Below are positions 62,298-64,000 of a DNA stretch of 64,000 nt, piece after piece (positions within the stretch are counted from its first letter, which is position 1; every line of letters starts with the position of its first letter). Both the position numbers and the translations under genes were made by a program. Under the pieces are notes generated by a model. That model searched no databases, was not told where the DNA came from, and saw nothing but the letters and a program-made list of their open reading frames with translations. Source of the stretch: Dehalococcoidia bacterium (GTDB lineage: Bacteria; Chloroflexota; Dehalococcoidia; Lucifugimonadales; UBA3495); contig CBDBDS010000013.1 of NCBI GenBank assembly GCA_965203985.1, positions 517,802 through 581,801 of the forward strand, given 5' to 3'.

Positions 62298-63501
62298 TTT
62301 GAGCCTCCTGACGGTCGTTGGCCCTTCCCATCAATTCTACCTCAAACCGCCGCTTCGCCGTTGCCCAACCCGCTTCAGCCTCACCTCGTAGCCCCCGCGC
62401 TGTATCCCGCCGCCTACGAACCTCTTCGACAATCGCAGTCTGCATTGCATTGTCCAGTTTCGGGAACGGTAGGCTCATAAGATCATCGCCGTTCAGTCGG
62501 AATCGGCTCGGTGTTGCGCCGCGGCTACGTAGATACATCATTTCGCGGTAGATGGCCGTTCTCAATAGCCAAAGTACCGCTTCAGGTTGGTAGCTCTGGT
62601 TACAGCGCAAAACCAAAAACTCTCCTGAAGCTACCGTGCGCCTTGACAGCTTCGGGCATAGGACAAACTTCGCATTGAGGATGGTAGGGCCTAATCTGGC
62701 AATGAGTATGTCGTCCTCCTGAACCTCAAATAAAGTGCCCGCAATATCGCTGCCGTTCTCCGTTCTAACTGTCTCAACTCGCCAGGGTTGGTTGGGGAGG
62801 TCATCAATGCGGATCCAGTCGAATAGCTCTTCCGGCGCGTCCTTCGATGGTGAGAATTTGCTCCTAATTAAAGAACCTGCGACGCTGACTGTACTGCCAA
62901 ATGGTAGATTCTTTTCGATCTGCCAACTTTGGTAGCGAACAGGATTGATGGCATCGGTAAGGTCTTTGGTTTGCAGGGCAAAAGTGCTCCGTGGGATAGA
63001 TGGGCGGGTTACACCGACGGTTTGGATCACGAAATCATCCATCCCAGCCAGCAGCGCGTCCGCCTCTGCCAGTTTCGCCCTGCGTTCTGCCCGTGCTGTG
63101 TCCATCGCATCCACCAGAGTATTCTGCATTGCCAGCGATGGCAGCGGCACTCGTAGGTTGCGGATCGCGCCGTAGTCCAATGCCGCCCGCGTTCCGCCGG
63201 AAACGTAGCGGTTGGAGAGTTCCAATCCAGCGGGGCAGTTCAGCCATTCATTGAGAAACTCCGGCCGGCAGAGTTCGGTATCGACCCGCAGCCGTGCGAT
63301 GTGCTGGTTGATGTTGGCTGGCAGGTGCTCGGTGCCAACTACCGCTGCGGAGCCGACGCGCCCGGTAATGGTCATCAGCACGTCGCCGGCTGCCAACTGC
63401 GAGCGTTCCAGCAGCCCATTGTGAACGTCGTATGTGACGTACTTCAAATCTCGGTCAATAATTTCGCCGTCGTCAACATTGAGGATGCGGAAGAACCGCA
63501 C
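62272..63501 (-). CDS. hsdS: Restriction-modification specificity (S) subunit-like, two target-recognition domains; homology extends upstream to about 63732 without a start codon
   Basis: Two TRDs separated by the helical spacer LAMQNTLVDAMDTARAERRAKLAEADALL, with a second conserved helix QTAIVEEVRRRRDTARGLRGEAE. The same frame stays open upstream (RVSPAATAFALKWGDAKGRLDTWFNHPRY...ESIAGGATPRR) but contains no ATG/GTG/TTG. Confidence 0.7.
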   Translation of the reverse strand: MRFFRILNVDDGEIIDRDLKYVTYDVHNGLLERSQLAAGDVLMTITGRVGSAAVVGTEHLPANINQHIARLRVDTELCRPEFLNEWLNCPAGLELSNRYVSGGTRAALDYGAIRNLRVPLPSLAMQNTLVDAMDTARAERRAKLAEADALLAGMDDFVIQTVGVTRPSIPRSTFALQTKDLTDAINPVRYQSWQIEKNLPFGSTVSVAGSLIRSKFSPSKDAPEELFDWIRIDDLPNQPWRVETVRTENGSDIAGTLFEVQEDDILIARLGPTILNAKFVLCPKLSRRTVASGEFLVLRCNQSYQPEAVLWLLRTAIYREMMYLRSRGATPSRFRLNGDDLMSLPFPKLDNAMQTAIVEEVRRRRDTARGLRGEAEAGWATAKRRFEVELMGRANDRQEAQNANHQTYG

Positions 63502-63707
63502 TCCGTTGTTAGCATATAGCGAGTCGTCGCTGCGCCTGGGAGTCGCGCCGCCGGCAATGGACTCCAGTAACCTGCTCAGCGCCGGCGTCGGAAGCGGCGC
63601 GGCGTCTAGCCAAGCGTTGAGCAGAATGTAGCGCGGATGGTTGAACCAGGTATCCAGCCGCCCTTTGGCGTCGCCCCACTTCAGCGCAAATGCGGTGGCA
63701 GCGGGGC

Positions 63708-64000
63708 TTACACGAAAAAAGGTGTGGGGTCTCTATCGAACGCCTCCCACTGGCCCACCAGGCCGGTGCCGGGGATGATTTCCCGGCGCCGCTCGCTCCA
63801 ATCGTTTTCTCTGGCGACCCACTCCCAGGTGACGCGGTAGTCGAACAGGTCGCAGCGGTGCCGCTCCACCTTGCTGACTCCGGCGATTTCCTCTTCTAAC
63901 TCCACCTCGAACGTTTTGCGCCCGGTGGCGTCGTAGCCGATGTTTTCGGTCAGGGCCATGAAGATGGCGTCATCGTCGGAAACGGTTTCTCCGTCCGCCA
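63708..64000 (-). CDS. C-terminal part of a probable DNA methyltransferase or R-M fusion protein (partial, continues beyond window end)
   Basis: Open to the window edge: ...ADGETVSDDDAIFMALTENIGYDATGRKTFEVELEE...DLFDY... The position directly upstream of the S-like domains suggests an M or RM subunit. Weak call. Confidence 0.35.
   Translation of the reverse strand, partial: ADGETVSDDDAIFMALTENIGYDATGRKTFEVELEEEIAGVSKVERHRCDLFDYRVTWEWVARENDWSERRREIIPGTGLVGQWEAFDRDPTPFFV

Overview
High-GC bacterial chromosomal segment. It is possibly Chloroflexota-like, inferred only from the LLM/F420 oxidoreductases and the expansion of Uma2 endonucleases, and I cannot verify this here. Housekeeping genes are present: obg, nadD, pyrE, trmI, a HesB/IscA Fe-S carrier, YgfZ, aldehyde and acyl-CoA dehydrogenases, and a MoxR-DUF58-transglutaminase operon. 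They are interleaved with an unusually dense accessory load. (1) Three ABC-type ATPase + DUF4276 (Toprim-like) two-gene modules within 25 kb. (2) About ten toxin-antitoxin-like modules, including five HicB-like/HicA-like pairs in two inverted arrays (one wedged inside the moxR operon), a covalently duplicated MazF-like toxin with an unknown upstream partner, and a PIN gene flanked by two paralogous ORFs of no recognisable family. (3) Six Uma2 endonucleases, three of them in tandem. (4) A DNA methyltransferase-HNH fusion, an FRG-domain protein, and an R-M/S-type locus split by a frameshift in a homopolymer run. (5) Two IS elements: an IS1380-family copy inserted in a Fic gene with a 5-bp target duplication, and an IS982-like transposase. 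(6) Two or three families of palindromic intergenic repeats and a perfect 24-bp x10 coding tandem repeat. (7) A candidate selenoprotein gene with an in-frame TGA followed by a SECIS-like hairpin. I saw no rRNA, tRNA, CRISPR array or phage structural genes. Many long ORFs in the track are antisense or alternative-frame shadows typical of high-GC DNA and were not called.
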